Of a DNA stretch of 64,000 bases, positions 29,533 to 40,221 are shown piece by piece; within the stretch, counting starts at the first letter, position 1; every line of letters begins with the position of its first letter. The translations under genes and the position numbers were made by a program. The stretch lies in the NCBI GenBank assembly GCA_014879445.1, contig JACSSC010000032.1, forward strand, positions 75,164 to 139,163. The letters run 5' to 3'. The stretch comes from Candidatus Competibacteraceae bacterium. GTDB taxonomy: Bacteria; Bacteroidota; Bacteroidia; CAIKAF01. Under the pieces are notes generated by a model. It had not been told where the DNA came from. It searched no databases and saw only the letters and a program-made list of their open reading frames with translations.

Positions 29533-30627
29533 CTATTTTATTACTCCCATCTCACAATGTATTGGAAAATGATCAGTGAAATTTTGCTTAGCTACTTTAA
29601 AATTCGTTGATTTTAACGAAGGACTATGGAATATATAATCTATACGCAAAAATGGGAACCGCCCGTTATAAGTTGCGCCTATCCAGCTACCCGATTCTAA
29701 AAAAGCATCTATTAATCCAGCAGAAAGAATACGATATGTGTATGAAACAGGCACATCATTTACATCACCGCAAACAATAACAGGATGCGGACTTTTATCA
29801 ATTTCGTTTCGCAAAATTTTTACTTGCACTTCTCGATTGCGATAACCATTTCTCAGTTTTCTCAACCATTTACGTGTAATCATCCACGATTCGTTTCCTG
29901 CTTCAATAATCTGATCCATCTCGTCCGTTTTTAAATGATTAGAAGCAAGGTGTACATTAAATACCCTTATTGTATCACCTTCCCAAAGCAAATCAGTATA
30001 TTGTGCAAGATTGGTTTTAGTGAGTTGATGTTCAAAATGCAAAGAACCTTTTCCAACAATGGGCAAAGTAGTATATGTAGATATGCCAAATTCATGTCCT
30101 TTATGATTGGTTACACCCTTTGCAAAATGAATATCCCCTCCGGATAATCGCATACGCAATGGCTCTGTGGTCTCAAAGTAATCGCCATCAGCTTCAAAAT
30201 ACTCTTGCATACATAATATATCAGGTTTTTCTTGGCCTATATAGTCCATTATCTCATCACGTAACTCTTTGTTGTGAGTCCAATTGTATAGCTTAAATAA
30301 CTGCACATTGTAGCTCATAATCTTAATACTGTTGTTGATCTGGGGGCTCGAAGAGAATCGTATGGAAATTACTTTGCGATGAAATGGCGTCAATAATCCA
30401 ATCAAACAAAGAAATAGCAAACTCATGGCCGGTTTAAAAAAAAGCCAACCAGCTGTTAATACCAGATTAACAGCCAAAATCAAAACGTGCCCAACTCCCA
30501 GTAAAGCAACAAACCAATATGAACCGGGTGAGATATAAGAAGAAAAAGAGGATAGCACCAATAAAATCAGGCCAATGACATGAAGAATAAAATATATCCA
30601 TCCACTTACTCCAAGACGTTTAAACAT
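29533..30627 (-). CDS. Endonuclease/exonuclease/phosphatase (EEP) family protein with an N-terminal multi-TM anchor
   Basis: Three N-terminal TM helices, then EEP motifs (IMSYNVQLF, DILCMQEY, IDYIFHS). 364 aa. Confidence 0.75.
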   Translation of the reverse strand: MFKRLGVSGWIYFILHVIGLILLVLSSFSSYISPGSYWFVALLGVGHVLILAVNLVLTAGWLFFKPAMSLLFLCLIGLLTPFHRKVISIRFSSSPQINNSIKIMSYNVQLFKLYNWTHNKELRDEIMDYIGQEKPDILCMQEYFEADGDYFETTEPLRMRLSGGDIHFAKGVTNHKGHEFGISTYTTLPIVGKGSLHFEHQLTKTNLAQYTDLLWEGDTIRVFNVHLASNHLKTDEMDQIIEAGNESWMITRKWLRKLRNGYRNREVQVKILRNEIDKSPHPVIVCGDVNDVPVSYTYRILSAGLIDAFLESGSWIGATYNGRFPFLRIDYIFHSPSLKSTNFKVAKQNFTDHFPIHCEMGVIK

Positions 30628-30731
30628 GTTTCAAAGAGAATATAAAATGACTATTCAAAATGATGGAGGCAGCACTTCCACAGATTTTATTACATCCTTT
30701 GACAAAAAGTTTATGAAATAAGATCAAATAG

Positions 30732-31601
30732 TTATTCATATACCATCATCTTCATACAAAATACAGAACCTCCCGACCGCATAAATTCAGAAGTATCGGT
30801 TTGAATTACATCAATATTTAAATCTTTCATTGCAGATATGGTTTGATCATTTCCTTTTTGAATTACTGCCACATTACGATTTTCCCCAACAACTAAGTGA
30901 GCATTTAGCGCAAATCCATCGCGGGCTTCCTCTATTGGAATAGCCACAAGGTGTTCAAAAATTTGTGATATTCTATTTATCCCACTAATATCAAATGCTT
31001 CTCTACAATATAGCAAAGTATGCTTGTTTACAGGTATCATACAGGTATCTAAATGATAAAAATATGGATTGTTCAACGCTATGGGTATCATTTCTCCGGG
31101 TAAAATGTCTTTAAGCCATTCAAGGGCTTCGTACTGGGTACGTTGTCCATAGCCGGCAAGCCATATATCTGCACCAGGTACTGAGAGCAAGTCGCCCATT
31201 CCTTCAACTACTATGCCTTGCGGCGGATAAATCAACTCGTATCCACATGATGAATAATATGCTTCAAATGCAGGGATTTCTCGTTGCCGAGATGAATGTT
31301 TCATCCTGCTAATTATCACTTTTCGATTGCCTGATGAATCAATAAATGGGATACTCTGATTGGCCGCAAAAACCATATCCTCACAACCTGGTATCCCTTC
31401 TATAACATTTACTCTATTTAATACTTTCTCAATAGTAAGTTGCAAATATATGTCGTGCAAATCATGCCATTGTTTTTTGGCAATTTCAAGATTCACCTTG
31501 TCTGACTGACCGCTCATGTGAATGTTTTTTTCATCCACGATATCATAATAATCAGGCGATACCATTAAAATACTATGAGGCGCTTTCATGCAAAGATTCA
31601 A
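30732..31601 (-). CDS. Amidinotransferase-superfamily enzyme (dimethylarginine dimethylaminohydrolase / arginine-deiminase-like)
   Basis: YHLDTCMIP matches the conserved His-Asp motif. The C-terminal SGGSVFCMKMM places the nucleophilic Cys where DDAH, ADI and AgDI have it. 289 aa. Confidence 0.6.
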   Translation of the reverse strand: MNLCMKAPHSILMVSPDYYDIVDEKNIHMSGQSDKVNLEIAKKQWHDLHDIYLQLTIEKVLNRVNVIEGIPGCEDMVFAANQSIPFIDSSGNRKVIISRMKHSSRQREIPAFEAYYSSCGYELIYPPQGIVVEGMGDLLSVPGADIWLAGYGQRTQYEALEWLKDILPGEMIPIALNNPYFYHLDTCMIPVNKHTLLYCREAFDISGINRISQIFEHLVAIPIEEARDGFALNAHLVVGENRNVAVIQKGNDQTISAMKDLNIDVIQTDTSEFMRSGGSVFCMKMMVYE

Positions 31602-32650
31602 TTGTTGTAATTCACTCGAATTCGTTTAATTTCGGAAAAATATTCCTTTCCGTCAATCACCACACCAAACCATATTTCTGTTTCATACACATGGTTTCCG
31701 TCTGCCAGATATAGAGGCGAAACGGCTTCTTTCTTTTTATTCCATTCCCAATACCAAAGCTGATCAGAAGTTGCTTCTTTAAAAAATAGTTTTGACAAAT
31801 CATCTGCAAAAACTGTCTTTTCTTCTCCAGGGGCAATCACTACTTTGCGTGATTGAACAAAATAGCTATCCTTAAAACGAAGTACCAAATTAGAGGTGCG
31901 GTTCTTTCCATATCCATAAAGATTAAATCTAACACTTCCTGCGTGCTCAAAAAAAACCATGTCGTATCTTGTTTTGTTTTTCACCTTACAAGTGATAGGT
32001 ATGGGAACATTTGGACTTTTCTTTTTCCACTCATCAGCATCTACCATTAAAACCAGGTCTGCCTTTTTATATTGCTTAGTTGGATATACAGCTTCGCCTA
32101 CAGGCAATTGATGAGGTTTGGAGGAAATGATTTTTCCCTTGTAGATAATTTCAGCTCCAATAGTAATATACGGATGTTGTGTACGACCAGCATAAGGAAT
32201 AGCTTTACGCAATGCAATATTTTTTTTATTTTTCCAGCCATCGGAAGCAAACAAACGATGGATGGGAATCGAGCATATAATTATACTATCGCCAGGAGCC
32301 AAAGATGATTTTATCAATTCGTTGAATACGGGAAATAAAAATGCTTTTTTGGCCCGATAAAAACGAGGATAAGCGACAAAACGCACAAATCCGTCTTGAC
32401 CAAAAGGTTCAGCTTGCAAAGCATTTGTACCATTGTTGTGAAGCACAACATGTAAACTGTCAGTTCGCTTAATTGAAATCGGACCTTTGGCAAAACGCAC
32501 ATGAAGCCCAACATTCCATGGATTGCGATATGAAAAATATGTATTTCGTTTAGCTGTACAGCTTGAAAAAAGAATAATAATCAGGCCGCATAAAACAACC
32601 AATTTGGATAGACCTCGAAATAAATGTTGTAACAAGCAATCGCAATTCAT
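31598..32650 (-). CDS. Hypothetical lipoprotein
   Basis: Signal peptide with lipobox LFSSCTAK. 350 aa. No recognised domain. Confidence 0.5.
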   Translation of the reverse strand: MNCDCLLQHLFRGLSKLVVLCGLIIILFSSCTAKRNTYFSYRNPWNVGLHVRFAKGPISIKRTDSLHVVLHNNGTNALQAEPFGQDGFVRFVAYPRFYRAKKAFLFPVFNELIKSSLAPGDSIIICSIPIHRLFASDGWKNKKNIALRKAIPYAGRTQHPYITIGAEIIYKGKIISSKPHQLPVGEAVYPTKQYKKADLVLMVDADEWKKKSPNVPIPITCKVKNKTRYDMVFFEHAGSVRFNLYGYGKNRTSNLVLRFKDSYFVQSRKVVIAPGEEKTVFADDLSKLFFKEATSDQLWYWEWNKKKEAVSPLYLADGNHVYETEIWFGVVIDGKEYFSEIKRIRVNYNN

Positions 32651-32701
32651 TCAACAAATATAAATATTATGGTAGCAGGCGTATAGAATCTATACAAATT
32701 A

Positions 32702-33739
32702 TTATGGTTGAGTTGATTTAAGGTCGTCTAAATAAATAGTGGTTTCCTGTAATACAAAATCCTGAATATCTCTTAATTCAACTTTGATAGATACGGGTTC
32801 ATTCCATTGTATGGTAATAAGTCCATAGTTTCTTGTACACGAAGGATTTCTGATTTTGTATGTATTTGATCTAATGCCTGGCGCCCAATGCGCATGAGTT
32901 AATCCACTTGATGTAAACTCATATAGTGTATATGGAATGTCGGTTGACGAATACATCATCATTTCGCCACAATGAATATCGCCACTTAAAACAAATAAAC
33001 CCGGTACAGGATTGTTTTTGATTAATGTGAAAAATCTTTTGACGGCAGCAGGATAAGCCATCCAGCGTTCTGTCATTTTCTTATCAGATAGCATCTGTGT
33101 GCCGGTTGCTACTATGTGAATTTGTGCATCAGAATGTTTTAACTCATTTTCAAGCCATGCCCATTGTTCTTGACCGAGCATGTCGGCATTAACTCCTGGT
33201 TTATCTCGATGGTAACGAATATCAAGTAAAAGAAATTTTACTTTTTTTCCGGGCTCGCCAAATGTGTGTGAAGTATAAATCCCTTTTCTTGTTCTTCTCT
33301 CCGAATTAAGGGGTTCGCCAATAAAATCCAAAAAAAGTTGTTGTGTCTGTTCTTTCATCGGATAGTTTTTGTCGGTATTATTTTCTCCATAATCATGGTC
33401 GTCCCAAATACCGATAACTGGCACCTTTTTTAAAAAATGAACGTAGGAGGGTTTACTTAATTGCCGATTATATTTGCGTATCATTTTTTCCATCGTACGT
33501 GTATCACCGTATATATTGTCGCCAAGCCAAACCCATACATCAGGTTTATGCTGCATGACATTGTACCACATCTCTTGAGGAAGACCCGGCAAATTACAGG
33601 AACCAAATGCAATACGACTGACCTGAGTTATTGAATCCAGAGGTACTCGCTCTACTTCTCGCAACTTTCCTTGAGCCGATACTTCAATAACCCCGAACAA
33701 AAAAAGGAAAAAATGTGTTATTTGTATAAACCATTTCAT
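32702..33739 (-). CDS. PhoD-like / calcineurin-like metallophosphoesterase, secreted
   Basis: Metallophosphatase motifs GDNIYGD, WDDHDYGENN, GDIHCGEM. The signal peptide begins at MKWFIQITHFFLFLFG, so the start is chosen at 33739 rather than 33811. Confidence 0.65.
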   Translation of the reverse strand: MKWFIQITHFFLFLFGVIEVSAQGKLREVERVPLDSITQVSRIAFGSCNLPGLPQEMWYNVMQHKPDVWVWLGDNIYGDTRTMEKMIRKYNRQLSKPSYVHFLKKVPVIGIWDDHDYGENNTDKNYPMKEQTQQLFLDFIGEPLNSERRTRKGIYTSHTFGEPGKKVKFLLLDIRYHRDKPGVNADMLGQEQWAWLENELKHSDAQIHIVATGTQMLSDKKMTERWMAYPAAVKRFFTLIKNNPVPGLFVLSGDIHCGEMMMYSSTDIPYTLYEFTSSGLTHAHWAPGIRSNTYKIRNPSCTRNYGLITIQWNEPVSIKVELRDIQDFVLQETTIYLDDLKSTQP

Positions 33740-33819
33740 AAAAATTCTCTCTTGCTTTATAAGCCCGAATGTAAGAAATATTCTATATTTTCGTAAAAAT
33801 TTGAAAATCATAATTAAAA

Positions 33820-35007
33820 ATGCGAATTATTTATTTTCTTCTATTAGTTATCGTCCTGCATTTGCCACTAACTTCTCAATATCTTATCGGATATACTTCT
33901 ACTACATTTAACGATCCAGCTCGAAGCAATCGTGCCGTAGATGCCAAAATTTTTTACCCATCTCTCAATGCCGGAGCAAATGTGCCATCAGCTCCAGGCC
34001 AATATCCTTTAGTAATTGTAGGACATGGATTTGCAATGGGTATTGATGCATACGAGCACATGGCCGAACGGCTTGTACCTCTCGGGTACATCGTTGTATT
34101 ATGCAATACAGAAACATCCTTTAGCCCCAATCATCAGGAATTTGGTCGCGATTTACTCTTTCTATCAAACGAGATCAAACAATTATCTATTCTAGACCAG
34201 CTTTTCCCATTGTATGGTAACCTAAATCTCAAGTCGGCTATCATGGGGCATTCAATGGGTGGTGGCGCTACAATCTTAGCTGCATCATATGCAAACCTAA
34301 GTGAAGTGGATTGCATTGCAGCTTTTGCACCAGCCGAAACAACGCCTTCTGCCATTACTGCTGCTGCTTCTGTTCAAGTCCCTACTCTTATTTTTGCCGG
34401 ACAAGGCGATATGGTAACACCACCGGCCAATCATCAAACGCCTATTTACAACGCCATTTCATCACCTTGTGCCACATATATTCAAATTAACGGAGGCGGG
34501 CACTGCTTGTTTGCCAAATCAAATGTGGCCTGCGATTTTGGCGAAACCATGTCGGGAAGCTCAATCAGCATTTCACGAGAATCCCAGCAAGATATTATGT
34601 TCAATCTTCTCATCCCATACCTTAATTATTTTTTGAAGGATCAATCGGCATCACTTCATACGTTTCGCGACACCCTCACCATATCATCACGCTTTACTTA
34701 CCAAACTAAAAATTGCGAAACTCTTTCTTTGCACCAATCGGGAAACTCATCCTTTTCAATTAATTGGTTTAATATTTCTGCATCTCACATACTTCAGTTT
34801 AGCGGAAATTTCACTACCAATGAACAACTTGGGGTTGATATTATTGACATGAATGGGCGACAATTATATCAAAAATCATTTGAAATACTTTCCGGGCATC
34901 ATTCAATTTCTATTCAATTGCCTGCACTCAGTAGCGGATATTATCTAGCTAGATTTAGCACTTCGAGTTTTCATCATACTCGCAAATTTATCATCACTAA
35001 GCCCTGA
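33820..35007 (+). CDS. Secreted alpha/beta hydrolase of the dienelactone-hydrolase / PET-hydrolase-like lipase class, with T9SS C-terminal sorting domain
   Basis: Signal peptide. Nucleophile elbow GHSMGGG. Candidate Asp (GQGDMV) and His (GGGHCLF). C-terminal ~90 aa (SSFSINWFN...GYYLARFSTSSFHHTRKFIITKP) resembles a T9SS type A CTD. Confidence 0.7.
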   Translation: MRIIYFLLLVIVLHLPLTSQYLIGYTSTTFNDPARSNRAVDAKIFYPSLNAGANVPSAPGQYPLVIVGHGFAMGIDAYEHMAERLVPLGYIVVLCNTETSFSPNHQEFGRDLLFLSNEIKQLSILDQLFPLYGNLNLKSAIMGHSMGGGATILAASYANLSEVDCIAAFAPAETTPSAITAAASVQVPTLIFAGQGDMVTPPANHQTPIYNAISSPCATYIQINGGGHCLFAKSNVACDFGETMSGSSISISRESQQDIMFNLLIPYLNYFLKDQSASLHTFRDTLTISSRFTYQTKNCETLSLHQSGNSSFSINWFNISASHILQFSGNFTTNEQLGVDIIDMNGRQLYQKSFEILSGHHSISIQLPALSSGYYLARFSTSSFHHTRKFIITKP

Positions 35008-35039
35008 AATAGAAAACAAGGATTACCTTTGCTGCTTTT

Positions 35040-36989
35040 ATGATTAGTATCTCAAATCTTTCTGTGGTATTTGGCGGTGAGCCACTCTTTGAAAATATTT
35101 CATTTTTGATTAATCGCACCGATCGCATAGGTTTAACGGGAAGAAACGGCGCGGGTAAATCTACGCTTCTCAAAATTATCAAAGGGCTACAAAAACCTAC
35201 ATCAGGAGAAGTTGCATTACCTAAAGGCGCCACCATCGGATATCTTCCACAGGAATTTTCTACCCTATCATCGTTATCAGTAAAAGAAGAAACTCGTACC
35301 TGTTTTGAAGAAGCCATTTCACTCGAAAAAAAAATTAATCAACTCAACGAAACGCTTTCCATTAGAACCGACTACGAAAGTCAGGAATATCTAAAAATTA
35401 TTGAATCCCTGAATGAAGCACAACACCGATTTCAGGTTTTGGGCGGCTATGAAATGGATGAAAAAATGGAAAGAGTACTCAGAGGTCTTGGTTTTGAACA
35501 AGATGACATGTTTCGTCAGGTATCAGAATTTAGCGGAGGTTGGATTATGCGTATAGAACTTGCCAAAATTCTATTACAACAGCCCGATTTGATAATGCTC
35601 GACGAACCTACTAATCATCTTGATATTGAAGCTATCATATGGCTCGAATCTTTTTTGATTAATTATCCTGGTGCTATTCTCATGATTTCTCACGACCGCA
35701 CTTTCTTAGATAAAATTACCAACCGAACCATCGAAATTACGAATGGTAGAATTGAAGATTATAAGGCGTCATACTCATTCTATTTAGTGTTACGCAAAGA
35801 GCGTCGAGACCAACTGGAAGCCACTGCCAGAAATCAAGAAAAAGAAATTGCTCGGATTGAAAGAAATATTGACAGATTTAGAGCCAAGGCATCTAAAGCA
35901 AGTTTTGCCCAATCATTAATTAAAAAGCTCGACCGCATCGAACGAATTGAAATTGATCTGGAAGACGTTTCGTCTATGCATATTCGATTTTCAGAACCCC
36001 CTCGTGCCGGAAAAGTTGTGCTAACAGCTGACAATCTCAGCAAAAAATTTAATCAACGTGAAGTTATTCATCCCATGTCATTCTCTATTGATCGCGGTGA
36101 CCGCATCGCTTTTGTCGGGAAAAATGGAATGGGAAAAACCACTCTAAGTCGCATTTTAGCCAACGACCTAGATTTTGACGGAGAGCTTATCAAAGGACAC
36201 AATGTTCATTTGGGATATTTTGCTCAACATCAAGCTAACAAACTAAATGGCGAAAACACCATTCTCAAAGAAATGGAAGAATCAGCTTTTAGTACCGATA
36301 AATTTACACAAGTGCGTTCTATTCTTGGCGCATTTCTTTTTAGTGGGCCCGATGTAGAAAAAAAAATTAAAGTATTGTCAGGTGGCGAAAAAGCTCGCCT
36401 GTCGCTGGCTAAACTTCTTCTTCAGCCGCTTAATCTTCTCATACTTGATGAACCTACCAATCATTTGGATATCGTATCGAAGGAAGTACTTAAAAACGCT
36501 TTACTCAAATTTACTGGCACCCTCATTATCGTATCTCACGATCGTGACTTTCTAAAAGGACTAACCGATAAAGTTTTTGAATTTACACCGGCAGGCATAA
36601 AACAACATCTCGGAGACATCTCAGAATTTTTGGCTAAAAGAAATACAACTACATTTCGCGATATTGAAATGGGAAAAAGTAATGCTAAACCGTTGGAAAA
36701 AAATAGCATTCCAAAAGTTGCTTCTCCAAAAAACAAAAGTCGAGAAAAAGACATAAAGAAAATACAAAACAGCATCTCAAATGCCGAGAAAAAAATTACT
36801 GCCATTGAAACCCAACTCGCAGATATGGATGCTACACTTCAAGATTCGGAAAAATATAAAGAGTTGATAAATGATAGCAAATTCTTTGCCCAATATCAGG
36901 AATCACAACAGAAACTGAATGAAGAAATGCTGGAATGGGAAAAACTTTGCGATTTGTTGAAACAAATCCAAAATAAAGAAGAGGAATAG
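35040..36989 (+). CDS. ABC-F family ATPase (two fused ABC domains, C-terminal coiled coil; translation-factor type)
   Basis: Two Walker A sites (GRNGAGKST, GKNGMGKTT). Two signature motifs (LSGGWIMR, LSGGEKAR). No TMD. Lys/Glu-rich C-terminal tail. Confidence 0.9.
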   Translation: MISISNLSVVFGGEPLFENISFLINRTDRIGLTGRNGAGKSTLLKIIKGLQKPTSGEVALPKGATIGYLPQEFSTLSSLSVKEETRTCFEEAISLEKKINQLNETLSIRTDYESQEYLKIIESLNEAQHRFQVLGGYEMDEKMERVLRGLGFEQDDMFRQVSEFSGGWIMRIELAKILLQQPDLIMLDEPTNHLDIEAIIWLESFLINYPGAILMISHDRTFLDKITNRTIEITNGRIEDYKASYSFYLVLRKERRDQLEATARNQEKEIARIERNIDRFRAKASKASFAQSLIKKLDRIERIEIDLEDVSSMHIRFSEPPRAGKVVLTADNLSKKFNQREVIHPMSFSIDRGDRIAFVGKNGMGKTTLSRILANDLDFDGELIKGHNVHLGYFAQHQANKLNGENTILKEMEESAFSTDKFTQVRSILGAFLFSGPDVEKKIKVLSGGEKARLSLAKLLLQPLNLLILDEPTNHLDIVSKEVLKNALLKFTGTLIIVSHDRDFLKGLTDKVFEFTPAGIKQHLGDISEFLAKRNTTTFRDIEMGKSNAKPLEKNSIPKVASPKNKSREKDIKKIQNSISNAEKKITAIETQLADMDATLQDSEKYKELINDSKFFAQYQESQQKLNEEMLEWEKLCDLLKQIQNKEEE

Positions 36990-37008
36990 TTGTTCAAAAC
37001 AATCGTCC

Positions 37009-37698
37009 TTAATCGCGACTGCCTAGATATTGAAGAATATAATATAACAATACAGTGAGCGAAGAAAGTGCTGCAACCACATATGTTGTAGCGGCTAATG
37101 ATAATGCTTTGCTTGCTTTGGTATGTTCTTCTCCGTGAGTAAGGCCGGTTTGATTCAGCCAGGCCAAACCACGGCCGGTTGCATCAAACTCAACAGGTAA
37201 CGTAACCAAAGAAAATAGAGTAATAGCTCCCTGGCAAGCAATGATAATCAGCAATGCCCAATCAAAACTAAACCAATGGAATGCAAAAGCACCCATCAAT
37301 GATGCGATAAAGATGAAATTGATGATGCGTGAACTGAAATTAACTACAGGCACCATCGCCGAACGAAATTGCAAAAACGGATATGATGTAGCATGTTGAA
37401 CCGCATGACCACATTCATGAGCAGCAACAGCAGCTGCTGCCACATGACGCCCATTATAAACATCCGGGCTTAGATTAATTGTGCGATCGGCAGGATTATA
37501 GTGGTCGCTGAGATGACCCGGCACACATGTTACCTGCACATCATGCAATCCATTTTCTCTTAGCATTCGTTCGGCAACTTCTTTTCCGGATAATCCACTG
37601 CGAAGCGGAATCTTAGAATATGCCGCAAAACGATTCTTTAATGCAAAACCAACCAACATGCTGATAAGCATAAATCCGATAATGATAACAAAAAGCAT
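37009..37698 (-). CDS. Putative neutral zinc metallopeptidase (Zn_peptidase_2 / YpfJ-like), membrane-associated
   Basis: HExxH motif AHECGHAVQH. N- and C-terminal TM helices. 229 aa. Confidence 0.75.
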   Translation of the reverse strand: MLFVIIIGFMLISMLVGFALKNRFAAYSKIPLRSGLSGKEVAERMLRENGLHDVQVTCVPGHLSDHYNPADRTINLSPDVYNGRHVAAAAVAAHECGHAVQHATSYPFLQFRSAMVPVVNFSSRIINFIFIASLMGAFAFHWFSFDWALLIIIACQGAITLFSLVTLPVEFDATGRGLAWLNQTGLTHGEEHTKASKALSLAATTYVVAALSSLTVLLYYILQYLGSRD

Positions 37699-37939
37699 AA
37701 AACCTTTATTTTAATTTTACGATCATTCGCATGGCAAATTACAATCCATTTTTCATATATAACAACAACAATCCATTAAAAAATGTTGTGAATGAACAAA
37801 TCGCACTCAAATTGCGCACTTTATTGATTTATTATCGTGGCTTGATGCGAAATTTACCAATGCCAATATGGCAGAACACTGACAGTTTCGAATCATCTTG
37901 AATTTTATTAGGTTTGTGCATGAAAAATTAATAACTACG

Positions 37940-38725
37940 ATGACACAGCGGCCTTTGATTTTAGTTTGTAACGATGATGGGATTTTTGCTCCCGGAATTG
38001 CTGCCCTTACTTCTGTTATGCAGGATTTAGGCGATGTGTTAGTTGTGGCGCCCGATAGCCCGCAGTCAGGAATGGGGCATGCCATTACCATCAATTCTAC
38101 ACTACGTGTTCACCGTATTGAACAAACCGATCGTTTGACACGATATAGTTGCAGTGGTACTCCAGTTGATTGTATAAAAATGGCGGTGAGCAAACTGGCT
38201 GACCGACCTATTTCTCTTATCGTTTCTGGAATCAATCATGGCTCCAACTCCTCTATCAATGTCATTTATTCAGGCACTATGTCGGCAGCTGTAGAGGGTT
38301 GTATTGAGGGCATACCCAGTATCGGCTTTTCCCTTTGTAACTATTCCTATGAAGCCGACTTCTCGGCCTCTTTACCTTATGTAAAAAAAATAGCAGCCCT
38401 TGTTTTGCAAAAAGGACTGCCTGAAGGTGTATGCCTGAATGTCAATATCCCTTCCATACATAAATCAAAAATGCAGGGCGTTCGAGTATGCCGTCAGGCC
38501 AAAGCATTTTGGGATGAAGAAATGGACGAACGAACCGACCCTCGAGGCGGAAAATATTATTGGCTTACTGGTATTTTTAAGAATATGGATGAAGGAATTG
38601 ATACCGATGAATGGGCGTTGGCTAATAATTTTGTTTCTGTCGTGCCTGTACAAATTGACATTACAGCATATCAAGCTATGGAAGAATTAAAAATGTGGGA
38701 CTTCTCAACTCATGATACACTATGA
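37940..38725 (+). CDS. surE: 5'/3'-nucleotidase SurE
   Basis: N-terminal LILVCNDDGIFAPGIAAL, then GINHGSN. The start is set at MTQRPLI (37940); the ORF track begins at 37898. Confidence 0.9.
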   Translation: MTQRPLILVCNDDGIFAPGIAALTSVMQDLGDVLVVAPDSPQSGMGHAITINSTLRVHRIEQTDRLTRYSCSGTPVDCIKMAVSKLADRPISLIVSGINHGSNSSINVIYSGTMSAAVEGCIEGIPSIGFSLCNYSYEADFSASLPYVKKIAALVLQKGLPEGVCLNVNIPSIHKSKMQGVRVCRQAKAFWDEEMDERTDPRGGKYYWLTGIFKNMDEGIDTDEWALANNFVSVVPVQIDITAYQAMEELKMWDFSTHDTL

Positions 38726-39036
38726 AAAATTTTTGGTATCGCGACCACTTCGGCATGGGAGCGCTTGTTGGCGCTATAGTACCCATTGTAACCTATCTTA
38801 TCCTCGAAAGCATTGATCGTACGGTCATGCAAATATGGAATCTGCTTTTCTTTCTGCCAGACGACACTCAATTTGCACTCGCCGTAGCCGGCAACCTGTT
38901 TTTCTTTCGTCAATTTATGGTAAAAAAAGGAAAGGATCGCACTGGAAAAGGAATCTTAATGAGTACGTTTATTTATGCATTTCTATATATCCTCCTCTTC
39001 TTTATCCTTGAAATTAAATTTATCTTCCCGCTATGA
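38722..39036 (+). CDS. Small hypothetical membrane protein
   Basis: 104 aa, three hydrophobic helices. ATGA overlaps with both surE and lpxB. Confidence 0.4.
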   Translation: MKNFWYRDHFGMGALVGAIVPIVTYLILESIDRTVMQIWNLLFFLPDDTQFALAVAGNLFFFRQFMVKKGKDRTGKGILMSTFIYAFLYILLFFILEIKFIFPL

Positions 39037-40136
39037 AATTGTATGTCATTGCCGGCGAATCTTCAGGCGATATGCATACTGCCAACCTCTTAGCTGAACT
39101 TAATCTACTCAATCCAATAATCGAAACGAGAGGCATGGGAGGAAATCTCATGCAAAAACAAGGTGTTCATCTTATACAACATTACAACGGACTAAACGTG
39201 GTGGGACTAGCTGAGGTCATCAAAAAATTACCCACATTGCTCAAAGTCATCCGTAAAATTAAACAAGATATAATTGCATGGAAACCTGATGCCATACTGC
39301 TAACTGATTATCCGGCCTTTAATTTGCGAATAGCAAAGTTCTGTAAAAAAATTAATCTCCCCGTCTATTATTACATCTCTCCTCAAATTTGGGCATGGAA
39401 AGAGAATCGAATTTGCGATATCCGAAAATATGTGAATCATATGGCGGTCATTCTACCATTCGAACCTGCCTTTTATAAGAAACATGGCATTGAAGTTACA
39501 TTCGTTGGTCATCCATTGATTGATATCGTCAATCGTTTCAGAAATCAGGAGAATACTAAACTTACTTTCTCTAAACCTATTCTAGCTATATTGCCCGGTA
39601 GTCGTCGGCATGAAGTTAAAGCTATGCTCCCGACTATGCTGCAAGCTGCGAATCATTTTAAAGATGAATTTGATATTGTAATAGGCGGCGCACCTTCTCT
39701 GCCAACTTCATTTTACACCCCATTTCTCATAAATCACCCCCACGTACATTGGGTGCAAAACCAAACATACGCATTACTCAACTCTGCATATGCAGCTATT
39801 GTAACATCAGGCACCGCCACCCTCGAAACAGCGCTATTTAATGTACCTCAATTGGTATGTTATAAAGGAAATCGCCTATCTTATGAGGTGGCACGACGAT
39901 TAATAAAAATCAAATATATTTCTCTGGTCAATCTAATTTTGGACAAGCCCTGCGTTGATGAACTAATACAAAATCAAATGAACGAACAACAAATTCAACA
40001 ATCATTGCAAGGCATACTTAATCAACGCCGTGAGGAAATGCTGAACGACTATAAACACCTTAAGCATATTTTAGGAATTTCGGGGGCATCCATGCGTGCA
40101 GCATCCTCGTTGCACGATTGGATGAATCTTTTATAG
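39033..40136 (+). CDS. lpxB: Lipid-A-disaccharide synthase
   Basis: N-terminal MKLYVIAGESSGDMHTANL. 367 aa. Typical LpxB GT-B features. Confidence 0.9.
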   Translation: MKLYVIAGESSGDMHTANLLAELNLLNPIIETRGMGGNLMQKQGVHLIQHYNGLNVVGLAEVIKKLPTLLKVIRKIKQDIIAWKPDAILLTDYPAFNLRIAKFCKKINLPVYYYISPQIWAWKENRICDIRKYVNHMAVILPFEPAFYKKHGIEVTFVGHPLIDIVNRFRNQENTKLTFSKPILAILPGSRRHEVKAMLPTMLQAANHFKDEFDIVIGGAPSLPTSFYTPFLINHPHVHWVQNQTYALLNSAYAAIVTSGTATLETALFNVPQLVCYKGNRLSYEVARRLIKIKYISLVNLILDKPCVDELIQNQMNEQQIQQSLQGILNQRREEMLNDYKHLKHILGISGASMRAASSLHDWMNLL

Positions 40137-40221
40137 TATGTTCCTCGTAAATTTGCTTTAGGAATTTTGATTTTTTTTTTACTTTTATCAACCGTAATTT
40201 TATGCTGACGATTGCTCATCT

